NCBI GenBank assembly: GCA_964560775.1
Contig: CAZLNH010000017.1
Span: forward strand, 1-62,242
Length of the DNA: 62,242 bases
Direction of reading: 5' to 3'
Source of the DNA: an uncultured Woeseiaceae bacterium
Lineage (GTDB): Bacteria > Pseudomonadota > Gammaproteobacteria > Steroidobacterales > Woeseiaceae
The stretch's first letter is position 1. The number at the start of each line of letters is the position of its first letter. Of this stretch, positions 1-8,268 are shown one piece after another. The position numbers and the translations under genes are program-made. The notes under the pieces are model-generated. The model searched no databases. It had not been told where the DNA came from and worked only from the letters and a program-made list of their open reading frames with translations.

Positions 1-115
1 GACGCAGCCGCGGCGAACGGAGCGTGGGAGCGTGCTCGATTGGAATGCGAAATCGGAGTGCCGGGAATGCCGCGGCAGGTCGATCGCTGAGAATAGAAGG
101 GACGTACGCGTCGCG

Positions 116-148
116 GTATTGTTTGTAATTGCTGTTAACATCTGCCGC
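116..148 (+). pseudogene. Degenerate LMW protein-tyrosine-phosphatase 5' remnant (VLFVIAVNICR)
   Basis: Translates to VLFV-IAV-NICR versus the family P-loop VLFVCMGNICRS; no full gene follows. Confidence 0.55.
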
Positions 149-172
149 ATGGCATTTTTTGCCCGTCCCGCT

Positions 173-305
173 ACAGTTCTGGCTACAATTTGTATGTGAC
201 GTCCGCGGAAATAGCCGAACGCACTCGGACGTAAAATATATTAAAAAAATCTGGTTATGGATTCAGACAAGAAGGTCAGCGTACTTTTCATCTGCATGGG
301 CATTA
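173..305 (+). repeat. att-like unit copy 1: ACAGTTCTGGCTACAA motif plus LMW-PTP 5' fragment (MDSDKKVSVLFICMG, 257-301)
   Basis: Same layout and spacing as 7746-7878; 280-305 matches 7853-7878 at 24/26 nt. Confidence 0.75.
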
Positions 306-626
306 ATAACGTCGATCGGACTTCGCGACTATGACGTTGGAGCGCAGGACATCCTGTCGACCATGGAACTCCATGGGTATTCGGTAAGGAGCGCGGTTTC
401 AGAAGTTCTGTAGCAAGCGTTTCTGATTGAGTTGGATCAGGATGAACTCGTTCGTTACAGCAACGAAATCGCAGCCGTGTTGGCGAATAGGTAGTTGAAA
501 GCAGCCGTTCGAGCGACCGCTGTCCCGCGTAGTCCAGACGAAAGGGCGACAGCTTTTTGCTATTCTTGGGCGACAGGAACTGACCCAATCCAGCCGGTCG
601 CATAGTTCAAGTTCTGGGTGGCAAAC

Positions 627-965
627 ATGAGCAAGAGGAACTTTGTCTGCTTTAAGTGTCGCGTTGCCGTCCGGCGAGAACCCTATTCAGGTGATGCTGT
701 GGTTTGCCCGACCTGTGGAGAGGAATGCCGGAATATTGGGTACAAGATTTTAGTTCCGCCGAAATCGAAATCCGAGGCGTGGCGACAACTACACGAGCAA
801 TACTTTGGCGAGCGGCGGAAAATTCTCGAGGACGCAGTCGCTGTTAGTGTGCGTGGCAAGCACAATCTCGAAAAGGAAATCGCGAAGCTAGAAGCTCGAG
901 CGGAAAACGAAGGCCGAGCACGGGAGATTCGGCGCTTGCGTCGCCGTCTGGAGAGCCTGAAGTAG
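627..965 (+). CDS. Hypothetical protein, zinc ribbon (CxxC...CxxC) plus coiled coil
   Basis: CFKC and CPTC motifs, charged C-terminal helix; ATG 627 (GTG 618 alternative). Confidence 0.7.
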   Translation: MSKRNFVCFKCRVAVRREPYSGDAVVCPTCGEECRNIGYKILVPPKSKSEAWRQLHEQYFGERRKILEDAVAVSVRGKHNLEKEIAKLEARAENEGRAREIRRLRRRLESLK

Positions 966-1077
966 CGCTGAAGACCGACAGTTCCTGGCCGATAGGAGGC
1001 TGATAAATTGAAGCTAGACGCCTCGATCGATTGTCCGGTTTTCGGAGGTTTGGTCGTTGGCATTGAAGCAGATCGCG

Positions 1078-1174
1078 GCCTAACCATGCGCTGCACCCGA
1101 CACCGGACCCAACCCGCCTTGCGCTGCCGCTCCAGGCGGTCTGCGTCAAGTGCGGGTGAGCTTAGACGTTAGGC
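1078..1174 (+). mobile_element. attC: Integron attC site (97 bp)
   Basis: GCCTAAC...GTTAGGC boxes with internal imperfect palindrome; nearly identical to 3885-3981. Confidence 0.92.
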
Positions 1175-1180
1175 AGCGCA

Positions 1181-1708
1181 ATGGGCCGCATCTGGTTGTC
1201 GAAGAAAGCCACAGTTTTCGGGATCGCAGTGCTCTTCGCAACAATTTCAACCGGCGATCAAATTTTGATCGCCGGACAGTGGAGTTGCCTTAGAAGTAGT
1301 ATCAAACAAGACACATTCATCTTGAAAGCGGAAGAGGTATTCGAGTTTTCTAGCGAAGGCTGGTACGTCTCGGATGTAAAACTTCAATCAATGGCTTCAA
1401 ATGGAGAAAGCTTCAGGACATCTCTGCACATCGACGGCCTCTGGTCGGTCGAAGAGGGCTTTTTGGTGCTAGAAATGGCACAAGTGCTTGTATCAAGCTG
1501 GCACCCCTCCGACAATCCCGGGCATGACAATGAAGTTGCGGCACTACTGAAGAAAGCGTACGAAACCGGCCATAAGATTCGGAATGAAATTCGCTGGTCG
1601 GATGGAAATCGCATGGAGCTTCTAGGTAAATCGGGCGCGATCGACTATGTGTGTAAACATTCAGCAGGTCAGTCATTAAAGGTTGACAGTGTCGCAGACG
1701 CTGCCTAA
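1181..1708 (+). CDS. Cassette-encoded secreted hypothetical protein
   Basis: Starts 6 nt after attC; hydrophobic N-terminus; stop TAA lies inside the next GCCTAAC box. Confidence 0.75.
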   Translation: MGRIWLSKKATVFGIAVLFATISTGDQILIAGQWSCLRSSIKQDTFILKAEEVFEFSSEGWYVSDVKLQSMASNGESFRTSLHIDGLWSVEEGFLVLEMAQVLVSSWHPSDNPGHDNEVAALLKKAYETGHKIRNEIRWSDGNRMELLGKSGAIDYVCKHSAGQSLKVDSVADAA

Positions 1709-1712
1709 CAAA
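1703..1712 (+). mobile_element. attC: Truncated attC (R'' box only)
   Basis: CGCTGCCTAAC is the exact reverse complement of GTTAGGCAGCG at the cassette start (1168), but no L boxes or R' follow. Confidence 0.65.
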
Positions 1713-1938
1713 TCAGGTACAGATGGTGCAGTCCGACGGTTCGAAGACTGCGGACCCGATACCGGTGCTGAAATTCAGTCCCCAGGGTGCTTGAAGATGC
1801 AATAAAATTGGTCAATAGAGACTCGATAAACGCTCAATGTGTTGGCTCTAGCAATCTGTACGAACGGATCGCCGGGCCTCGAACGTGAGTGCAGAATCAC
1901 GTTTGTCGTTACGTCGATTTCTCAACGGAGCAGTTGAA

Positions 1939-2463
1939 ATGAAAGTACTTCGCTCGTGCACTTTTCTTGCCATACTCTTTGCAACATGTCCAGTGAGTGC
2001 CAGTCAGTATACTGCTGCAGAGACGAGACGAGTTGAGTTGGAAGCACAATTAGGCGGTTCAGGCTTAATTGTAACGGTAACGGTTCTTGCTGGACCCGAA
2101 GCTAAGAACAACCACAACTTGATCCGGGCGGTCACGGTTTCATACGATGACACAGTCATAAATGTACCCAGTGAGATTCTTGAAAGGGCACCGAACGGAT
2201 ATTTCGAAGGGGTGCGTATGGCGTATTGTGAACATTCAGCGTTTAGGTTGATGGATCTCGACAAAGGGTCCGTAACTTATACCCAGAACAATGGCCATCC
2301 ATGTCTTGCAATTACTCTCGACTTCAAAGAGGTAGGGTCACGCGTCGACGCCCACGCCACCAGTTCGTATATGGTTATAGAGTTACTGAGTGGGACTGAC
2401 ATTACGTACTCTACGTGGCACTTTGATGGATACACCTGGAGTAGGGGGATTGAAGAATACTAA
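1939..2463 (+). CDS. Cassette-encoded secreted hypothetical protein
   Basis: GGAG RBS, signal peptide MKVLRSCTFLAILFATCPVSA, followed by attC. Confidence 0.7.
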   Translation: MKVLRSCTFLAILFATCPVSASQYTAAETRRVELEAQLGGSGLIVTVTVLAGPEAKNNHNLIRAVTVSYDDTVINVPSEILERAPNGYFEGVRMAYCEHSAFRLMDLDKGSVTYTQNNGHPCLAITLDFKEVGSRVDAHATSSYMVIELLSGTDITYSTWHFDGYTWSRGIEEY

Positions 2464-2472
2464 CTGCGCGAC

Positions 2473-2560
2473 AACTAATGGATTGCTGGAGCGGACGCGT
2501 GCGAAATAAATTGCTAAGCTCATACACCGGTACGCGCGTCGCTCAGCTCAACTGTTAGGC
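2473..2560 (+). mobile_element. attC: Integron attC site, R'' mutated (AACTAAT)
   Basis: Ends GTTAGGC; GCTGGAGCGGACGCG pairs with CGCGTCGCTCAGC; conserved AAC changed to AAT. Confidence 0.8.
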
Positions 2561-2568
2561 GGCGGCTA

Positions 2569-2967
2569 GTGGCGACCGAGGCCTTTCATCGTCTTCGTCA
2601 GTTCGAGGGGCGTCCGGGCGTATTTGTCGCGCCGAAGGGCGAAGCGCTGGAGGTCAAACTTGTGCGCGGGGACATTGAGGTGCGGGTTGTGGTGCCCGAG
2701 GAAGTTCTCGAGTGGTTTGTTGACGTTGAGCGACGCGCCTCTAGATCGCGGGCAAGCGATTGGTGTGACTATGAGGGCTACGACGATACGGCGGTCTCAG
2801 AACTCGAGAAGGACATGGCTGAGGAAGTAGCGGCCTTCGTCAATCAGTTGATGGAACGCAATCTCCGTTTCGACGAGGATAAGAAACATTCTACCCGTGG
2901 TGTACTGGAGTGGTTAGTTGATGGTCAGTGGCAGCAGGCTATTCCATTCGTCGTGCCAGCCCCCTAA
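2569..2967 (+). CDS. Cassette-encoded hypothetical protein
   Basis: Fills the space between two attC sites; stop lies within the R'' box. Confidence 0.75.
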   Translation: MATEAFHRLRQFEGRPGVFVAPKGEALEVKLVRGDIEVRVVVPEEVLEWFVDVERRASRSRASDWCDYEGYDDTAVSELEKDMAEEVAAFVNQLMERNLRFDEDKKHSTRGVLEWLVDGQWQQAIPFVVPAP

Positions 2968-3087
2968 CAAGCAGTTGCAGCGGGCGGTGACGCGGCATCG
3001 CGAGCGCGCCGCGAGCGCGTCAATTCATTGTGCGCTTGCGGCGCGCTTCATACGGCAGCGCGTCGCCGCTGAACTGCGGCGTTAGGC
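2962..3087 (+). mobile_element. attC: Integron attC site (126 bp)
   Basis: CCCTAAC...GTTAGGC; GCAGTTGCAGCGG/CCGCTGAACTGC stem and long central palindrome. Confidence 0.9.
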
Positions 3088-3097
3088 CGCTCGAAGC

Positions 3098-3890
3098 ATG
3101 CGCATTCCAGCACCGCTAATCGCAGCACTAAGCAACGTGATTCCTGAGTATGAAACCCATGCTTCAATGGATGCGCTATTTCTACATGCGGATGCGCCTG
3201 GAGACCCGCCGGAGGGTAATAAGCAAGCCAAAACACAAGCTTGGCTTCGCCGGGCGAACAAAGTGCTTGGTGATCCTTTGAGTATTGTAGGGCCCTTAAT
3301 TGAAGGCTATATGGAGGCGGATACTGAGAATGAATGGCTGTCAGGGGCCAAAGCGAAGCTCGAAAAAGCACTAAACCGCTGCAATCTGGTTTATGTTGTT
3401 GGAGGCCACGTTACTGCTGGTGGGAGTCTGCCGTCGATAGGCCTCGCAGACCTGATTCGAGGCGGAAATTTCGCTGCAGTGGAAGAAGAGTTTCAACGAG
3501 CGCTTGAAAACTTAAACAAGGACCCCCGAGAAGCAGCTTCTGCCGCCGGCAATATTCTAGAATCGGCCTGCAAAATCTACATAGAGGACAACGGGCTGGA
3601 AATGCCGGCGAAAAAAGATCTCAAGTCGGTATGGGCAGTCGTCCGAAAAAACCTAAAATTTGATCCCAAAAATCTAATTGACGACGATCTTAAGAAAGAT
3701 TGTTAGCGGAATGTTGAATACCGTGGACGGTATTGCGAATCTCCGTACTCACGCAAGCAGTGCTCACGGCCAAGGTCGCAGCGCATATAGACTTGAGGCA
3801 CGACACGCTCGCCTGGCGGTAAATGCGGCCCACTCCGTGACAATGTTTGTGCTCGAGACGTGGCGAAAGAATAGCGAAGGAGCGGCCTAA
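3098..3890 (+). pseudogene. Abortive-infection family protein (Abi_C-like C-terminus), frameshifted
   Basis: ORFs 3098-3706 and 3678-3890 join into one protein (LESACK...LR-THASSAHG...ARLAVNAA) if one A is removed at 3695-3697; could be a sequencing error. Confidence 0.75.
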
Positions 3891-3981
3891 CCATGCGCTG
3901 CACCCGACACTTGACCCAGCCCGCCTTGCGCTGCCGCTCCAGGCGGTCTGCGTCAAGTGCGGGTGAGCTTAGACGTTAGAC
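3885..3981 (+). mobile_element. attC: Integron attC site (97 bp)
   Basis: GCCTAAC...GTTAGAC; near copy of 1078-1174. Confidence 0.92.
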
Positions 3982-4018
3982 GGTGCGGAGAAATTGTCGC
4001 CATTTCGAGGAGAAGGGA

Positions 4019-4687
4019 ATGATCACTTGGGAACGCTTGAGATGCGTGCTTTACGCTGCGGCCACAGCAGCCGCCCTAGTGCCCGTCGCCCCCCAAATCG
4101 GTGCCGCTGAAGAAGTAACCTACAGCCTCATCGACGAGGAGGTTTACGACAAGCCGATCAAGACTCAGATTGAGCAGCATATTGTCGTTTCAGGTGTTCC
4201 ATCCAAGACGAATCTCGAATCTGAGATATCGACGCGCTACCGTGCAGCCCTCGCTCGCCGGGGGTTCCGATACCACAATCCTGCTACGAACATCTACATC
4301 TATGTGTACGGTTCCGAAGAGCAAGCCCGCGCGGGGCAAGGTTTGTGGGTAGGTATGCTTGCGAAGAGCTATTCCGATAAGGGCACCCCCAAAGTCCTCG
4401 TCAATGACGAGCGCTTCGCCGCCCTTTCGGCTGCCTCGGAGAATCGTTTCGGCCTCTCCGAGGCAAAGCGACAGGAAGTGTACCGAGAGATCGCAACCGC
4501 CGAAGAACGCGCAACACGGGATGCGATGGCGCGAGTGCCAGATTCTCAGATCATGAAGCAAATCGAACTAGAGCGCGAGCTCAAAGTGGAGTACAAGGCT
4601 GCGGTGGCTCGAAGGCATGGCTTAACCGAGGACCATCTCTTCAAGATCAGCGTAGAAGGCATAGAAAAAGGATGGCCGGTTCCGTAA
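4019..4687 (+). CDS. Cassette-encoded secreted hypothetical protein
   Basis: GAAGGGA RBS, Ala-rich signal peptide, flanked by attC sites. Confidence 0.78.
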   Translation: MITWERLRCVLYAAATAAALVPVAPQIGAAEEVTYSLIDEEVYDKPIKTQIEQHIVVSGVPSKTNLESEISTRYRAALARRGFRYHNPATNIYIYVYGSEEQARAGQGLWVGMLAKSYSDKGTPKVLVNDERFAALSAASENRFGLSEAKRQEVYREIATAEERATRDAMARVPDSQIMKQIELERELKVEYKAAVARRHGLTEDHLFKISVEGIEKGWPVP

Positions 4688-4703
4688 CGCAGAGAAGGGC
4701 GCC

Positions 4704-4800
4704 GTCTAACAAGGCGCTGCAGACGGACAAAGGCAAGCTGTCTTTTGCATCCGCAAAAGGCATGCCAGCTTGCCTTTGCCGATGAGCTTGGTCGTTAGCC
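4704..4800 (+). mobile_element. attC: Integron attC site (97 bp)
   Basis: GTCTAAC...GTTAGCC; CAAAGGCAAGCTG/CAGCTTGCCTTTG stem; related to 6016-6117. Confidence 0.92.
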
Positions 4801-4858
4801 GGCACGGGGTCGTTCCATGGTGGCAAGATAGCCGACGGCCCACCGGGAGAGGTACTAA

Positions 4859-5545
4859 GTGGTAGCCAAACGCAAGAAAAAAAACGTTGACCCGGCTCGA
4901 ACGACAGACGAGATCCGCGGAATTATGCTGCAGTATTTCTACGATCGGAACAAGAACGCTACTAGCGCGCGTGGCAAGAAGGGCTTTGCCGTCAAGATCA
5001 GCGATGTTCGGAAGGAGCTGAAGGCAAGTCACCAACTGACACAGCAGGAGGTTGTCTCGAATCTCAACTACCTGATGAGTCAAGGGTGGATCGAAGAAGA
5101 ACAGGTAGCGAAGAGCGTTCCGCTTCCTTCCGGTACGGTCATTCCCCAGGCGACGTCCTACTATAAGATTACGGCCGCTGGAATCGACAAGATCGAAGGA
5201 CCTGGAGAGTTCACGATGGACAAGTTTAAGGGAATCAAGATCGAAGCCACCGGCCAGAACATAATTACCGTCGGCGACGGAAACCAAGTCAACGCCCAAT
5301 ACGAAGATGTTGCCCGCGCCTTAGTCGAATTGAAGCAGGCAGTGTCACAGACAGACAATCTCAAAGAATCTCAGAAGCTGGATGCTGTTGCAGATATCGA
5401 CAGTATCGAGAGCCAATTGGCAAAGGCAGAACCCAACTCTACCTCGATTCAAGGCGCGTGGGAGGGCGTGAAGAAGCTCGACACCGTGCTAGGGCTAGGT
5501 GAGAAGATCGGCAAGGTCGCCGGCCTTCTTGCTCCCTTTCTTTAA
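4859..5545 (+). CDS. Winged-helix protein with RHIM-like linker and helical C-terminal domain
   Basis: LTQQEVVSNLNYLMSQGWI...YKITAAGID wHTH signature; ITVGDGNQVN linker; GAGG RBS before GTG. Confidence 0.75.
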   Translation: MVAKRKKKNVDPARTTDEIRGIMLQYFYDRNKNATSARGKKGFAVKISDVRKELKASHQLTQQEVVSNLNYLMSQGWIEEEQVAKSVPLPSGTVIPQATSYYKITAAGIDKIEGPGEFTMDKFKGIKIEATGQNIITVGDGNQVNAQYEDVARALVELKQAVSQTDNLKESQKLDAVADIDSIESQLAKAEPNSTSIQGAWEGVKKLDTVLGLGEKIGKVAGLLAPFL

Positions 5546-5562
5546 GGTATCAGTGGCGTATC

Positions 5563-5590
5563 GCCTAACAACCAGATGCAGCGACCGTCA
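5563..5590 (+). mobile_element. attC: Truncated attC (R'' and L''-like half only)
   Basis: GCCTAACAACCAGATGCAGCG is a typical attC left half; no right half before the next gene. Confidence 0.6.
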
Positions 5591-5608
5591 GGCGGTATAG
5601 GAGGGTTC

Positions 5609-5989
5609 ATGACGAAAATGGACATGGTGTGGGTGGCCGTTGCGTCCCTGCTTCATCCGAGAACCGATGCAGATGTGTTCGTTAGGAAGGCACAAATCGA
5701 TGCTAGAGTATCCGAGCTGTTCGACGCCTCGATTCCGCCAGTCTTGATTACTCATCATCTCGTAAACTCCGTGGATCGCCAAGCGGATCGGGCCGACCCC
5801 AATCGCGGAGGTAGCCGCAACAGATATTTGTTCCGGGGCAATGGAGGAGGATATCGCCTGTATAAGAACTCTGACAGCTCCACAGATGGGTGGGAGAAGA
5901 ACAGCCGGAAGCACCCAGAGGCAGGGAAAATCGATCCAGACTACCAGTATCTACTGGTATGGTATGAGCAGGATTATCTTCCGCAATGA
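5609..5989 (+). CDS. Cassette-encoded hypothetical protein
   Basis: GGAGG RBS before ATG 5609; followed by attC. Confidence 0.72.
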   Translation: MTKMDMVWVAVASLLHPRTDADVFVRKAQIDARVSELFDASIPPVLITHHLVNSVDRQADRADPNRGGSRNRYLFRGNGGGYRLYKNSDSSTDGWEKNSRKHPEAGKIDPDYQYLLVWYEQDYLPQ

Positions 5990-6015
5990 GTGCGGTGACG
6001 ACGAGTGACCATGCC

Positions 6016-6117
6016 GCCTCACAAGGCGCTGCAGACGGACAAAGGCAAACTGTCACGCCTCTTGCATTCGCAAGAGCCGCGCCAGCTTGCCTTTGCCGCT
6101 GAGCTTGGTCGTTAGCC
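6016..6117 (+). mobile_element. attC: Integron attC site, R'' mutated (GCCTCAC)
   Basis: Homologous to 4704-4800; ends GTTAGCC; AAC changed to CAC. Confidence 0.85.
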
Positions 6118-6187
6118 GGCATGGCTGGGAGTGTCACGACGATGTCGGCTTTTGACCCTTTTCTGCCGTTCGCTCGCTGGTAACTCT

Positions 6188-6604
6188 GTGATCACTAGAG
6201 ACGAAATGTTGTCGCCGATTCTGAAGGTTTGCCCGTCCTTTCAGGCGACGTGGGACGAGTTTGTTGATGAGTGGAAAAATGATCCAGATGGATTGCAGCT
6301 TTATCTCGTGCTGTCAGACTTAGCTCGGCATGTGATCGGGATGCTCGAGAGAAACGAAACCGACGGCGTGAAAGCCGTGTTCCGCGTTGTAGAAGCGTGG
6401 CATCTGGAGGGTGATCCTTATGTCAAGGAGGCGGCTACGGTGGGATTCCTAGAAGACTTGCAGAACCTGAACCTTCACGCAGGAAGCACGAGACCAGAAG
6501 ACTTTCTGGAGTTTTTGCTACCAGACACGAAATACTGGTGGACGAAAGTCGAAGATTTCTGGGAGCAAGGAAAGTTGATCACTGATGATCGGGCTCGACA
6601 TTGA
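6188..6604 (+). CDS. Acidic helical hypothetical protein (immunity-protein-like)
   Basis: ORF after attC; EGDPYVKEAATVGFLEDLQN motif; start uncertain (6131/6188/6206). Confidence 0.72.
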   Translation: MITRDEMLSPILKVCPSFQATWDEFVDEWKNDPDGLQLYLVLSDLARHVIGMLERNETDGVKAVFRVVEAWHLEGDPYVKEAATVGFLEDLQNLNLHAGSTRPEDFLEFLLPDTKYWWTKVEDFWEQGKLITDDRARH

Positions 6605-6701
6605 GCGGCTCCAATTGGCCGGGGGTCGCCGTTGGGCTGGTAAACTGGCGTCCTGCAGAAAGTCAACCCGAACCACCGTTCGCCAACATCAATACTGAGC
6701 T

Positions 6702-6944
6702 ATGACGTACACGCCTAAAAGCATTGAATTTGGTGGGCGGACATTTCAGTTTTATCGAGCCAGTGACGTAGTCCGTGATGGCATGGGATTTGAAGCGTGG
6801 GAAGGGGCCGAACAAGTGGCCGAAGTTTTCTACTGGGATTCCACAAGCAAAGCGACTTTCTCGGCCTTTACGGACGATCTGCCGGTTGAACTCATTAGCT
6901 ATTTGATAACCGAGGGACTACAACAGATCACGCCAGTTAAATGA
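6702..6944 (+). CDS. Small acidic hypothetical protein
   Basis: 80-aa ORF with protein-like composition, same strand as the array. Confidence 0.65.
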   Translation: MTYTPKSIEFGGRTFQFYRASDVVRDGMGFEAWEGAEQVAEVFYWDSTSKATFSAFTDDLPVELISYLITEGLQQITPVK

Positions 6945-7181
6945 TCGCAATTGGCTGAAACCGGCACGAAGCGCTCGAATTCGTGAAGGTCAGGAGCTGG
7001 CCGCTAAGCGACTGTTTACCTCTGTCAAGACTAGCCATTCAATCGACTGCTATTGTTGAGCGCAGGCGTTCAGCCTCAGAGTCCCACCTCTTAGTGGATC
7101 ATTGGCATAGTCTTCGTTCCATTGCTTTGCCAGGCCGGTTGGCGTATTATTCATTTTGAATAGTCAAGGGATACGTTAGCC

Positions 7182-7430
7182 ATGGCAACCACGTCATTGA
7201 GCCTCGGTGGGCATTGGGAAGAGTTCATCAAGCGCGAGATCAAGAGCGGTCGATATTCGACTGCCAGTGAAGTTGTGCGAGACGCTCTTCGTGAACTCGA
7301 GGATCGAGGAAAGCGACTCGAGGCGCTTCGGGCGCACCTGGCCGAAGGGGCCGGTCAGGCGGCCAGGAAAGACTTTGTAGAGGGCTTTGACATCGAGTCC
7401 GTTATCGTGCGAGCCAAAGCTCGGGCATGA
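7182..7430 (+). CDS. parD: Type II antitoxin, ParD family (RHH)
   Basis: TSLSLG-HWEEFI...SGRYSTASEVVRDALR signature; overlaps the toxin start (ATGA). Confidence 0.92.
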   Translation: MATTSLSLGGHWEEFIKREIKSGRYSTASEVVRDALRELEDRGKRLEALRAHLAEGAGQAARKDFVEGFDIESVIVRAKARA

Positions 7431-7723
7431 CGGCCCAATTTCGGCTCACACCGAGAGCGGCTGCAGACGTCGACGAAATTGCGGACTACACGATGGAACA
7501 GTGGGGGCCGGCGCAGATGGGGGACTACCTGCGATCCCTGGACAGGCGATTCGACTGGCTGGCACAAAACCCTTTCGAAGGCCGGGAACGAAACGACGTT
7601 TACCCTGGATACCGGAGTTTCCCTGAAGGTAGCCACATCATTTTCTATATTGTCAGTGGCGAGGACGTCGACATCATTGGCATTCCGCACAAGTCGATGG
7701 GCATTGGACCCGGTATCTTGTGA
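7427..7723 (+). CDS. parE: Type II toxin, RelE/ParE family
   Basis: FRLTPRAAADVDEIADYT...WG...GSHIIFY...IIGIPH. Confidence 0.92.
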   Translation: MTAQFRLTPRAAADVDEIADYTMEQWGPAQMGDYLRSLDRRFDWLAQNPFEGRERNDVYPGYRSFPEGSHIIFYIVSGEDVDIIGIPHKSMGIGPGIL

Positions 7724-7745
7724 ATTGTGGAACGCGCTTGTGGGC

Positions 7746-7878
7746 ACAGTTCCGGCTACAAGCCTTGTCGGATACCCCAGGATTTCGGCAGGTGTGCCGG
7801 GACAGAAAAATTAAGATAAACAAAAACGTATGAATAATCCCTCAACCATAAACGTACTTTTCGTGTGCATGGGCATTA
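7746..7878 (+). repeat. att-like unit copy 2: ACAGTTCCGGCTACAA motif plus LMW-PTP 5' fragment (MNNPSTINVLFVCMG, 7830-7874)
   Basis: ATG at +84 and CGTACTTTTC at +107 from the motif, exactly as in 173-305; third motif copy at 7921-7936. Confidence 0.75.
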
Positions 7879-8217
7879 TTTTTTTGTACTTTTAGAAACA
7901 GTAGCTTGGACGTTTCGGGCACAATTCTGGCTACAAGTTCGAATCGTAACTTCGATGATTTCTATCGTGGACTCGGGCGAATCGATTCGGACGCCTTCGG
8001 TCGATAAATAGTCTACAGGTACTCCTGCTCCGAACCGGGGTGCGTGCAGCGATAATTGAAGGCTACGTTTCGAGTTCCGGCAAAATTCCGGCAATCACGA
8101 TTCCGGGAAAAAGCAGCAATCCAGTGTGTCGTTGCCAAGGGATTGAGTGCATAAAGAGAATCCCGGACGGGGTGAGATATGGACTCGCGGCTCCGGCGCT
8201 CGGGCCGGAAACAATTG

Positions 8218-8263
8218 AATTATGCGCTTTTGTTGACGTATTCGTAAACAAAAGCGCATAATT
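8218..8263 (+). promoter_or_regulatory. 17-bp perfect inverted repeat (operator) overlapping a sigma70-like promoter
   Basis: AATTATGCGCTTTTGTT-N12-AACAAAAGCGCATAATT; TTGACG (8233) and CATAAT (8257) 18 bp apart. Confidence 0.75.
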
Positions 8264-8268
8264 AATCC

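Noticed and set aside
129-603. ORFs 129-413 (+) and 241-603 (-) as genes
   Set aside because: They cross the att-like unit and motif remnants, have no recognisable motifs, and lack RBS support.
5593-5608. GGTATAGGA resembling an ISCR/IS91 oriIS end at the truncated attC
   Set aside because: Match is too short and is explained by the GGAGG ribosome-binding site of the next gene.
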